Positions 12,083 to 24,887 of a DNA stretch of 64,000 nucleotides are shown here, one piece after another; position 1 is the first letter of the stretch; every line of letters begins with the position of its first letter. The notes beneath the pieces were generated by a model. It was not told the origin of the DNA. It saw only the letters and a program-made list of their open reading frames with translations, and made no database searches. Source of the DNA: Macrostomum lignano (lineage: Eukaryota); assembly GCA_002269645.1 (NCBI GenBank), contig NIVC01000240.1, positions 124,001 through 188,000 of the forward strand. The letters run 5' to 3'. Made by a program: the position numbers and the translations under genes.

Positions 12083-13509
12083 TCAAAGCTCTTTGCCTTC
12101 ACCCAGTGGCGACCGTTTCTTGGCGTGGAAGTCCTCAGCTGCGCGAACGAACGCGCGCACCTCTGAGTTCATCAAGTCGGGCAGTTCAAAAGCGGCAAAG
12201 TGACCGCCGTGATCGAAGTCAGCGTAGTGTAGCAGGTTGGGATGGGTAACTCGTACGATGCGTTCGGGCACCCGAGAAAGCTCGTTAGAGAAGCTTGCGA
12301 CTCCGTGCGGAACATCTGACGGGATGGAGAAGTAGGCCATCGTAGTTTCCCTATTCTCACTAAAAACTTCCTTGTACAGCCGCACGGACGAAGTGATGCT
12401 GCCAGTGGTCCAGTAGATCATTACATTGGTCAGCAGCTCGTCCAGGCTGAAGGCCGCCTTCGGGCCGATAAGGTTGCCAGTCTGGGAAAGCCTATTTTGC
12501 GGATTTAAACGCTAAACTTCTCAAGAATGTAGGCAGCCAAACCCACTGGCGAGTCCGACAAGGCGTGCCCGATGGTGTCCGGCCGAGTGGCTTGAATGTG
12601 CATGTACCCGCTCTCACGGATGATGTCGCTCAGCTTTTCAAAGTAGGGAAATGTTTTTTGTCCGTCCTTCTTGCTAAACAGGATACCGTCAGGTAAGAAC
12701 GATCCGGCGATCATCTGTACGATCACTGATGGCTGTCGGAATGGCTGCATCGGCATATTGGTATGGAAGCCGAGCACTCGCTCCGGAAACTCTCTTGTTA
12801 TTATGTGACCAATGCCGGCTCCCCAGTCGCCACCCTGGATGTAATACTGGCGATACCCGAGCCTGACCATCAGCTTGTCGAACACTCGAGCACAGGCAGC
12901 GGCACTGAAGCCTCGCTTCTTCGCCGCTTCGGACCACCCGTATCCCGGAATCGAGGGAGCTACAACTTCGAACGCCAACCCGTCCGTATCTGGAGTCGTC
13001 AGCAGTGGAATCAGCTTGTAAAACTCGAACACTGACCCGGGCCAACCGTGCAAAATCAACAGAGGCACTCGCTTCTTCACCCCCTTCTTCGACGGTTTCA
13101 GGTGCATAAAGTGCACTTTTAGTCCTTCGATCCGAGTGAAATAGTTCGGAAAACTGTTCAGGCGATCCTCCCAGACTCGCCAGTTGTATTTGTTGAGCCA
13201 GTGAGACACCAGCTGCTTCATGAAGGCGCCGTTGAAGCCGTACTCGAAGCCGGAGTTCTCGACCGGCTCCACAAACTTGAACGCTTTCAAGCGCGACCTC
13301 AAATCGTCGAGTGTTGCATTGCTGACAGACAGTCTTGTGGCTTCCACCGCTTCGCCGTCGCTGCTTGAGTCGCTCGAGGCACCCCAGTTGAGCGTGGCTG
13401 GCAGGGCCGGCTTATCCGGAGCTGCGAGATTGTCCAGGCAGCCGAGGCCCGCAAGAAGCACGAATGCCAGACAGGCAGTGCAGGCCAGTGGGAGCAGAGT
13501 GTTGCACAT
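12083..13509 (-). pseudogene. EPHX1: Microsomal epoxide hydrolase (EPHX1/JHEH family) copy A, frameshifted
   Basis: HGWP oxyanion motif, GGDWG nucleophile, ESGYMHIQ, RLYKE, NEL, GGHFAAFE. Split into ORFs 12505-13509 and 12083-12421 by a 4-nt loss at 12506/12507 (inferred tgg-aca to ta) that creates an immediate TAA. Confidence 0.85.
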
Positions 13510-14995
13510 TTTTACTCCAATGTCTCCAAAAGCGTTTCTCTGACTGAGGTTTTTGATGGAAGATTTTCTGTTTAACTCTTTCTTCAATCGCTGTTTTGGC
13601 TGATTAAAATAGGGCGTGTTGCTTTTTGTGAGTAGAGTTTTCTGTTTAGTGATAGATAACAGCTCAACTTGGCCCCGAGCTTTACTTTTTGGTTGGCTAT
13701 CTCACTGTACTATCTTACAGTTATTGTGTGCGCTAGAAGTGTACTCACCCTGCAATTTCTTCTTACTCCTTTATTTACGTATACTTGTAAAATAGCACCG
13801 GTGTTACTTCACTGCACAATAATATACGACGTATTGTGATGTGTGTGTTTCAGAAAGTACACGAAAAAACGACACAAAAACTCAATGCGCCGCGACTCTA
13901 AATGCAATGAAGTTTTGCGCAATTGCTAAGTGCATCCTGATGTTTTACTCGATTGAACGAAAGCACTACTATTGGCACACAGTAACTTGGGCATGGGCCT
14001 TGGGCAGTGGATAGTCGCACGTACAAGAGGCAGATAGTTGGCTTTAAGCATGAGTTTAAACAGTACTCGCACGTTCCCAAAACCCCTGTAAAATAGGAAC
14101 AGGAAAGGATAGAAGGCTAGACTGCACAAGCCGACAACTAGAGCAAAGTACAGTACTATCCAGACTAAGGCAATCTGCCCACCCCAATTTCATGCCTGCA
14201 CCCTCGTACTCGTAATTGTGTTGAGGGGGTTTGTTGCAAATGCACGAACGAAGGCTGTATACGAAAATCTTACATTTAAAACCTCAGTCAGAGAAACGCT
14301 TTTGGAGACATTGGAGTAAAAATGTGCAACACTCTGCTCCCACTGGCCTGCACTGCCTGTCTGGCATTCGTGCTTCTTGCGGGCCTCGGCTGCCTGGACA
14401 ATCTCGCAGCTCCGGATAAGCCGGCCCTGCCAGCCACGCTCAACTGGGGTGCCTCGAGCGACTCAAGCAGCGACGGCGAAGCGGTGGAAGCCACAAGACT
14501 GTCTGTCAGCAATGCAACACTCGACGATTTGAGGTCGCGCTTGAAAGCGTTCAAGTTTGTGGAGCCGGTCGAGAACTCCGGCTTCGAGTACGGCTTCAAC
14601 GGCGCCTTCATGAAGCAGCTGGTGTCTCACTGGCTCAACAAATACAACTGGCGAGTCTGGGAGGATCGCCTGAACAGTTTTCCGAACTATTTCACTCGGA
14701 TCGAAGGACTAAAAGTGCACTTTATGCACCTGAAACCGTCGAAGAAGGGGGTGAAGAAGCGAGTGCCTCTGTTGATTTTGCACGGTTGGCCCGGGTCAGT
14801 GTTCGAGTTTTACAAGCTGATTCCACTGCTGACGACTCCAGATACGGACGGGTTGGCGTTCGAAGTTGTAGCTCCCTCGATTCCGGGATACGGGTGGTCC
14901 GAAGCGGCGAAGAAGCGAGGCTTCAGTGCCGCTGCCTGTGCTCGAGTGTTCGACAAGCTGATGGTCAGGCTCGGGTATCGCCAGTATTACATCCA
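12836..14995. repeat. 718-bp inverted repeat (12836-13553 / 14278-14995), 724-bp spacer
   Basis: Both arms begin at aaaacctcagtcagagaaacg and end at ccagtattacatcca. Translations in several frames of the ORF track are identical across the arms. Confidence 0.9.
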
Positions 14996-15758
14996 AGCCG
15001 GTGATTTCGGCAGCGTCATCGGTCACGTGATGCCTCGATTGTTTCCGGAGCGAGTGCTCGGCTTTCATACAAATATGCCTGCTCAGCCAGTTCGTCAGCC
15101 GTCGATAATGATCCAGACGATTCTGGGATCATTCCTGCCAGAAGGTGTCCTGTTCAACAGGCTGGACTGTGGCAAGCTCTTCCCCTACCTGGAGAAGTTC
15201 GGCAACACGATTCGAGAGTCGGGGCACATGCATCTACACTCGACTCGGCCGGACTCAGTGGGCCACGCCCTGTCAGACTCACCAGTGGGCCTGGCTGCCT
15301 ACATCATTGAAAAGTTCAGCGTGTGGACTTTGCCAGGGAATCTTTTTGCCGAAAATGGCAACCTAGTCGGCTTGAAGGCGACATTCAGCCTGGACGAGCT
15401 TCTGACTAATGTAATGATCTATTGGACAACTGGCAGCATCACTTCGTCCATGCGGCTTTACAAGGAGTCGTTCGGCAGCGACATGGAAGCTACCTCAGCT
15501 TATCAATCAATGCCATCCGACGTGCCGTATGGAGTGACTTGCCTGGCCCACGAGCTCTCCCGTGTTCCTGAGCGCTTCGTCCGGGTCACCAATCCGAACT
15601 TGTTGCACTACGCTGATTTCGACCACGGCGGTCACTTTGCCGCTTTCGAACTGCCCGACTTAATGAACTCGGAGGTGCGCGCGTTTGTTCGCGCAGCTGA
15701 GAAATTCCACGCCGAGAAACGGCCCAACAAGTTTGAGGGCGTTAAGTCCGAGCTCTAG
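14322..15758 (+). CDS. EPHX1: Microsomal epoxide hydrolase-like protein, copy B, 478 aa, intronless
   Basis: N-terminal membrane anchor, EHN region, LHGWPGS, AGDFG nucleophile elbow, SMRLYKE, HEL, GGHFAAFE. Confidence 0.93.
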   Translation: MCNTLLPLACTACLAFVLLAGLGCLDNLAAPDKPALPATLNWGASSDSSSDGEAVEATRLSVSNATLDDLRSRLKAFKFVEPVENSGFEYGFNGAFMKQLVSHWLNKYNWRVWEDRLNSFPNYFTRIEGLKVHFMHLKPSKKGVKKRVPLLILHGWPGSVFEFYKLIPLLTTPDTDGLAFEVVAPSIPGYGWSEAAKKRGFSAAACARVFDKLMVRLGYRQYYIQAGDFGSVIGHVMPRLFPERVLGFHTNMPAQPVRQPSIMIQTILGSFLPEGVLFNRLDCGKLFPYLEKFGNTIRESGHMHLHSTRPDSVGHALSDSPVGLAAYIIEKFSVWTLPGNLFAENGNLVGLKATFSLDELLTNVMIYWTTGSITSSMRLYKESFGSDMEATSAYQSMPSDVPYGVTCLAHELSRVPERFVRVTNPNLLHYADFDHGGHFAAFELPDLMNSEVRAFVRAAEKFHAEKRPNKFEGVKSEL

Positions 15759-17248
15759 AACTTGCAGAATACCGGTATAGTTTCATTATTTCTAAGAGGC
15801 GTAATTGCAGTTCTGTGTTTTTTTGCACCAAAATCGCGTGCATTCTCGCACTTACTGTACATACTAACCAGTAAGTAAGGATGCCTTTTCATTTGCCAGA
15901 ATATGTAGCTCCAAGTGCAGTGCTTTGATCAGCGACTTATTCGGCAGAGCTAATTATAATATTTAAGGTATTTGAGAAAAGTATTCGAAAACTTCGCTTT
16001 ATAGCATTTCAGAAGAAAAAAATTATAGCTACGTGTAAATTGGTGACAATGTATAGCCCAATTTATTCAATTCAATAAATTGAATCCAAGTACAAGTACA
16101 TGTACATGTATATGACAAAAGTACAATTCTACAAGTACATGTAGTCTCGAAAATCAGGAGTTGAAATTTATATTGCGCCAATTGGTTGTTAAAGATGTAA
16201 TGAACTCTAAGTTGCGGATAGTAAACGACACCATCACTCTATATAATTTGATTTACAGATATCGTGATGGGAATTTCTGAAGATAATTAATAAAATACAC
16301 AGGAAAGAAATCCTATAGCAGTTCTTTTTTGCCTTAATTTTAAAATTTTAATCTCGGCGGGAAAATCTCCTGCGGGCATATCTCGGCGGGCAATTCGTCT
16401 GCGGGCAATTCGTCTGCGGGCAATTCTCATGGACCCGACAGAGTGCACACTGAGGTTGAAAGGCATGAAAGCGGTAGCAGAGTAAACTTACGTCGTTTTG
16501 CATTCTTAAAATGTAAAAAAATTAATTAAAATTTTAAAAGTTTAAAGTTTTATTGCTGTTACAAACAATACAGCAAATGATATTCATTGATGTGTATTGA
16601 AATTTAGATTTTACCTAACAAAAAATTGTTTTATCGCTGCTTTTTACCGCAAATTTAAGTTTAATGAGTATTCATTTTTAACTTCGTCTTAGTTCACAAC
16701 GTTGGCAGAATCAGTGGCAAATGTTAAAAATATTTTATATTTACAGTCGATGTTAATATGATCTTAAGTTTATTTAGCATTTTACCTACATATTAGTTAT
16801 TAATTTACTTAATGCTTAAACACTCTCCTTCTTTTCAATCGCTATTGATTTTTTTAGCCTTTTCAAGGTGAAAAAATGTGTTGAGTGCTCAGTACTTCTT
16901 CTTATCCATTTTGCTAAAAATCCAGAGAGGTGCTCAGGCTTTGTGCAAAAATAAACTTTAAAAGGCATGGAAAGAAAACACTATATGAGCATACCCTATA
17001 TATTCCATATTATAAGCACTTTTGTCTTTACACAGTGCTTTGAAAATCAAGTTTTTAAAATGGCTGAATGACAAACATTTTGAACCCCATTGTAAATATA
17101 AAAGGCAATATTTTATAAACTATAGAATTGTACTTTCAATGAAAACACTATATGAGATAATCTTTTTATAAATATGTTTATGTGGCAGAAATTTTTAGAC
17201 CTTTGGTTGGAACCAAAAACAATAGGCCTATCATTGCATTTCATTTTG

Positions 17249-17703
17249 GGCAGTGCTTATCCCCACAGTACCGTAGGAATAATTTCTGTCTTATTCCCAC
17301 GAATTCCAACAAATAATTTTCTGCTTATCTGCACGGCACATTGACGAGATAGCTGCCATATCTTCTTTCTATATATATATGCTGTATGTGAATAGTTTAT
17401 AGCTTTTTGAAAGGGAATTTAAATTGAGGATACTAAGTCTAAGAAGCTGTTGATCTAGATCAACACCACAACCAGCGTTTTTTTCATAAAAAAGCCATTA
17501 AATCTTTACTTCTAGGCCTATTTAGTTATTTTGTTATACTACACTTAAACCGTAAGTACTAAACTAATATTCCCACAGCATATATAGAAGATGGGCCAGC
17601 TATCTCGTCAGTGTGTCGTGCGGATAAGCAGAAAATTATTCCCACGGTACTGTTGGAATAAGACAGAAATTATTCCTATAGTACCGTGGAGATAAGCACT
17701 GCC
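17249..17703. mobile_element. Mutator(MULE)-type MITE, 455 bp
   Basis: Imperfect TIRs of about 135 bp starting ggcagtgcttat and ending ataagcactgcc. 9-bp TSD ttcattttg at 17240-17248 and 17704-17712. No coding capacity. Confidence 0.85.
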
Positions 17704-20700
17704 TTCATTTTGAATTAGGGCTTACCAATGCCATATTTGTCTTGAAGAAATGCTTTGCATTATCTTTTAAATGTTTTGTCTTTTGTGCATACCATTGTTA
17801 TTGGCATACAGGAATTTGCTATCTTCATGGCTTTCTTTATAAGTTTTGTATCTAATCCAAGAATGATATATTCTATAGAATATTTTATTTCTAACAATAA
17901 TATTATAGGCCCTTTGGCTCTCTATGGAAATCTCAACTGCTGACACCAAAGTTGTTACAGGTATGTTTCATTTTACTAAAATTATCCCACTGCTGTTCCC
18001 TATAGTTGTAACAGGGCTCTTAATTATTATTTTGTTAATCTTACTTACTGTCACCAAGCTTATATTCTATTAATAAATTATGAGTTTATTAATCTTAGAA
18101 TAAGTCTGAGAATATTTCTTAGAATAGGTCTAAGTATTTTGAGGTGGGGGTGGAGAAAGAAAATAAATGATTTGGTTTGAAAGTTGGGATTGGGGTTTCC
18201 TCGAAACTGGTTAGCGTTGCATTCGCACAAATGAAGCCATAAAATTGTGTAAACAAATCACAACAAATTTCTTATCCTTTTACTCTGACAGCCGGGTTCT
18301 CAAGTCCAAGGGGGGGTAGTCGTAATTGTAGCGGAGTGGTTGTAGAGCGGCACAGTTGTTCAAATATTGAAACACCAAAGATTGCTGATGCCATAAATTA
18401 ATGTGTCAATTTGCTGAGCTGGTTACTTTTCAGTAGGGTAGTTGCTGCCACTAGTAATGACCTGTAAAGGGTCTCAGAGCTTTCTTTGAGTTGAGAATTT
18501 GTTTATTTTATGCCCCACAGGCAAATGATTCAAGATAGGCCATGGCTTATGTCAATGAAATAAATATTAAAGGTTTAAGTTGTCAATATTTATTATTGAA
18601 GCAGATTATTAATAGCTTGAGCAGGTTATTTATAGATCAAAATAAATTGCTACTGACAATTGATTTCATGGGCACCAGTGCGCTAATGAAAACTTAAAAT
18701 AAAGAAACTGATATGCTAATCTAACAGTAAAAAGATGAGAGCAAAAGTGCAAACAGAAAGGAGAGGGGGAGCGAAAGAGCATGCAGAAATTAAACAGAGC
18801 GCAACTTATTTATAATAAGACATATATATTAATTCTAGGTGTGGGGCCTGAACTCGCCAATACCGGGGCCAGGCAATGGCTATTGAGTAAAAACTGACTG
18901 AAAACATGCAGAAAATGATTAAAAACAGCTAATGAAAATGCATTGGGCCAGAAATTAGAAAAATAAATTTCAACAAATGGTCCATACTTGGGGCCAACAG
19001 AGGGAAAGGTGAGGTCATTGAACTACAGTTGGCCCCATAGGTTGGCAATCACGCAAGAAAATATGGGCGCGCATTTGAATAACTATTTAAATAAAAATTA
19101 ATTAACTATGGCAACCCCATTGCCACATGCACCAGGGCGCACTCAAATGGAAATTGTTAAAACAAAACCTTGTTTTTGAAGTATAGGCTTCTGGGATATT
19201 GGCTGGAGATGGCCTGGTAGGTCTCCTAGTGCAGGACGGTGACCTCTAGCTGCCAGTTTCTTAGAAACAATACTTGTAGCATAGGTAGTGCTGCCACCAG
19301 CTTTGCAGAGTCGCAGCCTTTGGTGAGGTGCTGAGCTTGTAGATGCAACTAACTAAGATGAGAGAAAGAGACTTGCACTTTGTGCAGATTTAGCAGTTCT
19401 CACGCAGAGGTGCCCACCATCAGCAGTCCCTACCAGGCTGGTGTGGGGTAAGAGCAAAAGTGCTAGCTTCGGGCGATCCAAGCTGGTCTGCTAATTGATA
19501 GCAAGAGCAATCAGAGGTAGTCATGCACAAAGTCAGGAGTCTTGGGAGTTCAAACTCAGATGCGAACTCAGTATACAAACTTAAAGTATACGCTGGACTA
19601 GGACAATGGTTACTCGGGAAAACAGAAAGGCTGAAAAGCTTGTCTGAGCCAAGCCATGAAAGGGGCTGCATTTATAGGGAGGATCGATTGCACCATAGCA
19701 CAAAAGACCCTTGCTGAGAGTCAGGTGACTATTGCTATTTTTAGCAACAAACAAGCAGGCCCTGCCTCAGAGGAGACAAGGGGGTCTGGGTGCACATGAT
19801 CTCCCCATAAACATGAGCCTAGCGTACAATGATGAAATCATTGCACTTTGGACTAAAGAAAAAAGAAGGCCTTGTCATGTGACTGGCTCACATGACAAGG
19901 GGAAAGGCCCACAAGTGAAGGCACTCGTGACTGTGGGACCAGAAAACAGAATGGCACTCCAAATTTGGAGGTGCCAAACAAAGAATGAAACAGAGGCAGG
20001 CCAAACCAAGCTATCTAGGCACTGCAAAATGAGAACACGAGGCAAACGGGGGCAAACAAGGACAAACAACAAATAGGCAAAAGACAGGCCAGAGGGTAGG
20101 CAGGAGGGACAAGCAACTGCCTAGCAGCAGACAGAAGCCTGGGGGGAGGGCAAGGGCAACAGCTGACTAGTGCCCATGCAACTTAGTTTTAACAAAAATG
20201 CAATGTAGTTTTTGGCCAAAAATGTGACTTATATGTAAAAGAAGCCCTGAAGCAAAATTAACACAACTTTGGGTAAACGACAGGAGTAACTATGACTGTC
20301 TTATTAAGACAAAATGCCTCATCATCTACTTAGTACTACTTTGGTATTTATTTGGATGGGCATTTTTGCAACTTACCTTGGTTGGCTGCCAAATCAGTTG
20401 GCCGGATTGGCCAACTCGGCCGACTGTTGCGCATGTATGTCACAACACCCTTTGGTATATAGTTTCTATTTTTTAAATACAAGCAAGTGCTAAGACAAGT
20501 GCTAAGTCCTTTGCAAGTAGGGAACTTTATTTGTAAGTAAAGATCCCAAGAGCCATCTTCTATAGTTGTCTTAAGACTTTTTCTAGTTAGTTGCTACTAT
20601 AACTTGATACTATTATTGGCAACAAAGTATACATTTACTTTTTTCTTAAGAAAAACTATTTTTTAATGTTTTTAACTTCAAACTAGGCTCCATTGACACC

Positions 20701-21461
20701 ATTAGCTTTGTTGGACTCATAGTTTTTTTGCCTTGAACTGGGCTCTATTGGCACCATAAGCTTTGCTAGAATCTTGTTTTTTTGACTTTAACTGGGCTCC
20801 AAAATTATTATATCCACTATATAATATATAAATGCATTGAATCAAACTGTCTATTGCATATGACCCCATAAAACAGCACCTTTAACTCTCACTGCCAAAG
20901 CAAGACATGTGCATTAAATTTTATGTAATTTATTAAAAAATATTATTGGAATATTAAAATCTCTGCTTTAAAAGATTATAAATCTAAGGCACATAGCTTG
21001 TAATTTGAAAAATCAAATTAACTTGCATAATTAGCAACTTTTTGGTTATCTAAAAGAATTTTAAGGTTTAAAAATTGTAAGGAAAAAAAGTAAGTTATAT
21101 TTTTGGCTTTATTTTATTAGATTATATTTATTAATATCAAAGTGAGTTGTCCTTGAGTATACTAGCTTGAAGTATGTATAGCCTACAACTACAACCCCTA
21201 TAAACAGTGCCTGCTTCTCTATTTTTAGGGCTCATTCTAGCTTGTATAGCCTGATTAGCTTTGATAATAAAAAACATGCTGATTATCACAAAAATTTCAA
21301 TATATGGTCAGTCTTTAGAATAATAAATGCAGGAGCATCTACTGAAATCTAGAACTTAAAATGAATGATCGACAATCGACATTATGAGAAGCTGTTAAGT
21401 TGAGTAGCTAATTTCCTATAATTGAATAAATATATTCCCCTCAGCCAGCACAGTACACAGC

Positions 21462-21881
21462 ATGACTGTTAAGCGACGCAATCACGGACGGAGCAAGAAG
21501 GGCCGCGGCCACGTCCGCATTGTCCGCTGCACCAACTGCGGCCGGTGCACGCCCAAGGACAAATCAATTAAAAAGTTCATCATCCGCAATATTGTTGAAG
21601 CCGCCGCCGTTCGCGACATCAACGAGAACTCCGTGTACGAGGCCAACACCTACGCTTTGCCGAAGCTGTACGCCAAGCTGCAGTACTGCGTCAGCTGCGC
21701 CATCCACTCCAAGGTGGTGCGCAACCGATCGCACGAGGCCCGCAAGGACCGCACGCCGCCGCCCCGCTTTGGCGGCCCAAGCCGGCCGGACCAGGGCGCA
21801 GGCGGCCCCGGTGGCGCTCAGGGCGGCCGCGGCCCGCAGGGAGCCGGCGGATTCGCTGCCCGTCCACAGGGACCTCGCTAA
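21462..21881 (+). CDS. RPS26: 40S ribosomal protein S26 (eS26), intronless CDS
   Basis: [53 protein letters not shown] zinc-binding motifs. Confidence 0.97.
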   Translation: MTVKRRNHGRSKKGRGHVRIVRCTNCGRCTPKDKSIKKFIIRNIVEAAAVRDINENSVYEANTYALPKLYAKLQYCVSCAIHSKVVRNRSHEARKDRTPPPRFGGPSRPDQGAGGPGGAQGGRGPQGAGGFAARPQGPR

Positions 21882-22256
21882 AGTTCCAATATAGGCTGAA
21901 CGTAGGCGAAGATATAATTTAGCTACATGCTACACCAAGAGACCGATTGACTCAACTTGTGGCCAGATGTTTGCGATAAGTTGATTGATAAATCTTTACT
22001 CTGCTGCTCTGCCTGCAGGCTCTGCTCCGTGCGCGCGCTCGATGCTGCTACGTGGATTAAAAAACTGGCTTATGTCTTAGTTATTTGCTGTTTTAAGCCT
22101 TTTCTAGTTGTAAGTCCTTTGAATTGTGTGGTGTCGGAAGTCCGAACACTGCGCAGTTTCTATTCAGAGTGAACTTGTGCTCAATTTAATTTATCATGCT
22201 GACAGCTGGCCTTCAATTATGCCGCAAGCTGCGTATTTCAATATGTATATAATATC

Positions 22257-22686
<430 letters not shown>

Positions 22687-22803
22687 GTGAATAGAGTGTC
22701 TGTTAACGCCATCGCTAATCAAACAATTTTCATGACTGGGAAGTCCCACAGGCCTGTCGTAATTAATCAGTTGTAATTTAATCTAATCTACTAAGCTAGA
22801 AAA

Positions 22804-24887
22804 ATGTCCGGTAGCGGTTTAAGCGACGCGGATGTGGAACGCCAGATCAAGCAGATGATGGCCTTCATCGAGCAGGAGGCCAACGAGAAGAAAGAAGAGA
22901 TTGACAACAAGGCCGAGGAAGAGTTCAACATTGAAAAGTCGCGTCTAGTTCAGCAGGAACGCGTCAAGATCCTAGAATTCTATGGCAAAAAGGAGAAGCA
23001 GACTGAGTTGCAGAAGAAGATTCAGCACTCCAATATGAAAAACGACGGCCGACTGCGGGTGCTGAAGGCGCGCGATCAGCACCTGCGCGACGTTCTGACT
23101 GAGACCACGCAGCGCCTGCGGGAGATTGTCAAGGACCAGGGAAAGTAAGCTTGGGTAAACTGCTTGCGCTTGAAATTTGGTATGGAACTTTCCTGTTAGT
23201 TGGTTTTTGACACTTTGGGCCCAAATCAATACGTTGAAAACATTACCGTGACAAGAATCGCCAAAAAAGTCATTGCAAACAACTCTCTAGCGACTCTAAG
23301 GGCAACTCTTGCAACTTTTTAACGACTCAAACGACTGTAATGCGACGGTCAACAGAGAGGCGCTTTAGACGCAACTCAGTGATTCTACAACGACTCCAGC
23401 ACGCCTCAGATACGACTCTATGGACAATAAAACGCCTCAAATGGACTCTTAGGCCACTTTTTGGCGACTTGTTACCGTGAAATCTGGGACGATGACAGTG
23501 ACTCTGGGACGATGAAAGTGACTCTGGGACGATGAAAGTGACTCTGGGACGATGAAAGTGACTCTGGGACGATGAAAGTGACTCTGGGACGATGAAAGTG
23601 ACTCTGGGACGATGAAAGTGACTCTGGGACGATGAAAGTGACTCTGGGACGATGAAAGTGACTCTGGGACGATGAAAGTGACTCTAGGACGATGAAAGTG
23701 ACTCTGTGACGATGAAAGTGACTCAGGGACGCTGAAAGTGACTCTGTGACGCTGAAAGTGACTCTGTGACGCTGAAAGTGACTCTGTGACGCTGAAAGTG
23801 ACTCTGTGACGCTGAAAGTGACTCTGTGACGCTGAAAGTGACTCTGGGACGCTGAAAGTGACATCTGGGACGATGAAAGTGACTCTGGGACGCTGAAAGT
23901 GACATCTGGGACGATGAAAGTGACTCTGGGACGATGAAAGTGACTCTGGGACGCTGAAAGTGACATCTGGGACGATGAAAGTGACATCTGGGACGATGAA
24001 AGTGACTCTGTGACGCTGAAAGTGACTCTGTGACGCTGAAAGTGACTCTGTGACGCTGAAAGTGACTCTGTGACGCTGAAAGTGACTCTGGGACGCTGAA
24101 AGTGACTCTGGGACGACGAAAGTGACTCTGGGACGCTGAAAGTGACTCTGGGACGACGAAAGTGACTCAGGGACGACGAAAGTGACTCTGGGACGCTGAA
24201 AGTGACTCTGGGACGACGAAAGTGACTCAGGGACGATGAAAGTGACTCAGGGACGCTGAAAGTGACTCAGGGACGCTGAAAGTGACTCTGGGACGCTGAA
24301 AGTGACTCTGGGACGCTGAAAGTGACTCTGGGACGCTGAAAGTGACTCAGGGACGATGAAAGTGACATCTGGGACGCTTCTTGGCCCGGAATTTCTCTTC
24401 GTCACGCTTGTACAATCTGTGCGCCTTGGGGGGTGGCGTGAGCTTCAGGTCCACCCTTATCTATAGTAATAACAATGGATAAATGCTCTGTTCTGTCTAT
24501 GAGTTGCTTTAAACTAAAAATTACACCCACCCGCCCAGATACGCCCAGCTAATGGAGGGCCTGGTTACTCAGGGCCTGTTCCAACTGCTAGAACCCGAGG
24601 CGGTGCTCCGCTGTCGCCAGGCCGATGTTCACCTAGTCGAGCGCGTGATGGGCGCGGCAGCCGATCGGTACAAGCGTGAGACCGGCCGGCCAGTGAAACT
24701 GCAGGTTGATAAGCAGAATTTCCTGCCGCCAGACTCAGTTGGCGGCGTTGATGTAATCGGTCGGGCTGGCAAAATTCGAGTGTGTAACAACTTGGAGAGC
24801 CGTCTGGAGCAGATCAGCGCGCAGATGGTGCCCGAGCTGCGTTACATTCTTTTTGGCGGCAATCCCAACCGCAAGTTCATGGATTAA
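22804..24887 (+). CDS. ATP6V1E: V-type ATPase subunit E; exons 22804-23144 and 24539-24887 (229 aa)
   Basis: [28 protein letters not shown]...RLRVLKAR and LFQLLEP...[10 protein letters not shown]...GNPNRKFMD. Donor aa|gtaagc and acceptor ccgcccag|a join in frame (phase 2) to give KYAQLMEGL. Confidence 0.95.
23483..24377. repeat. 20-bp minisatellite in the ATP6V1E intron
   Basis: Unit gtgactctgggacgatgaaa, about 44 copies. Confidence 0.96.

Noticed and set aside
12505-12507. Stop-codon readthrough or an intron rescuing EPHX copy A
   Set aside because: The downstream sequence is in a different frame (4-nt deficit), and no GT-AG pair removes the lesion while keeping the conserved WTNP segment.
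19330-19670. C2H2-like peptide (CTKCKSLFSHLS*LHLQAQH) on the minus strand
   Set aside because: Interrupted by a stop, single occurrence, no supporting gene structure; at most a fossil.
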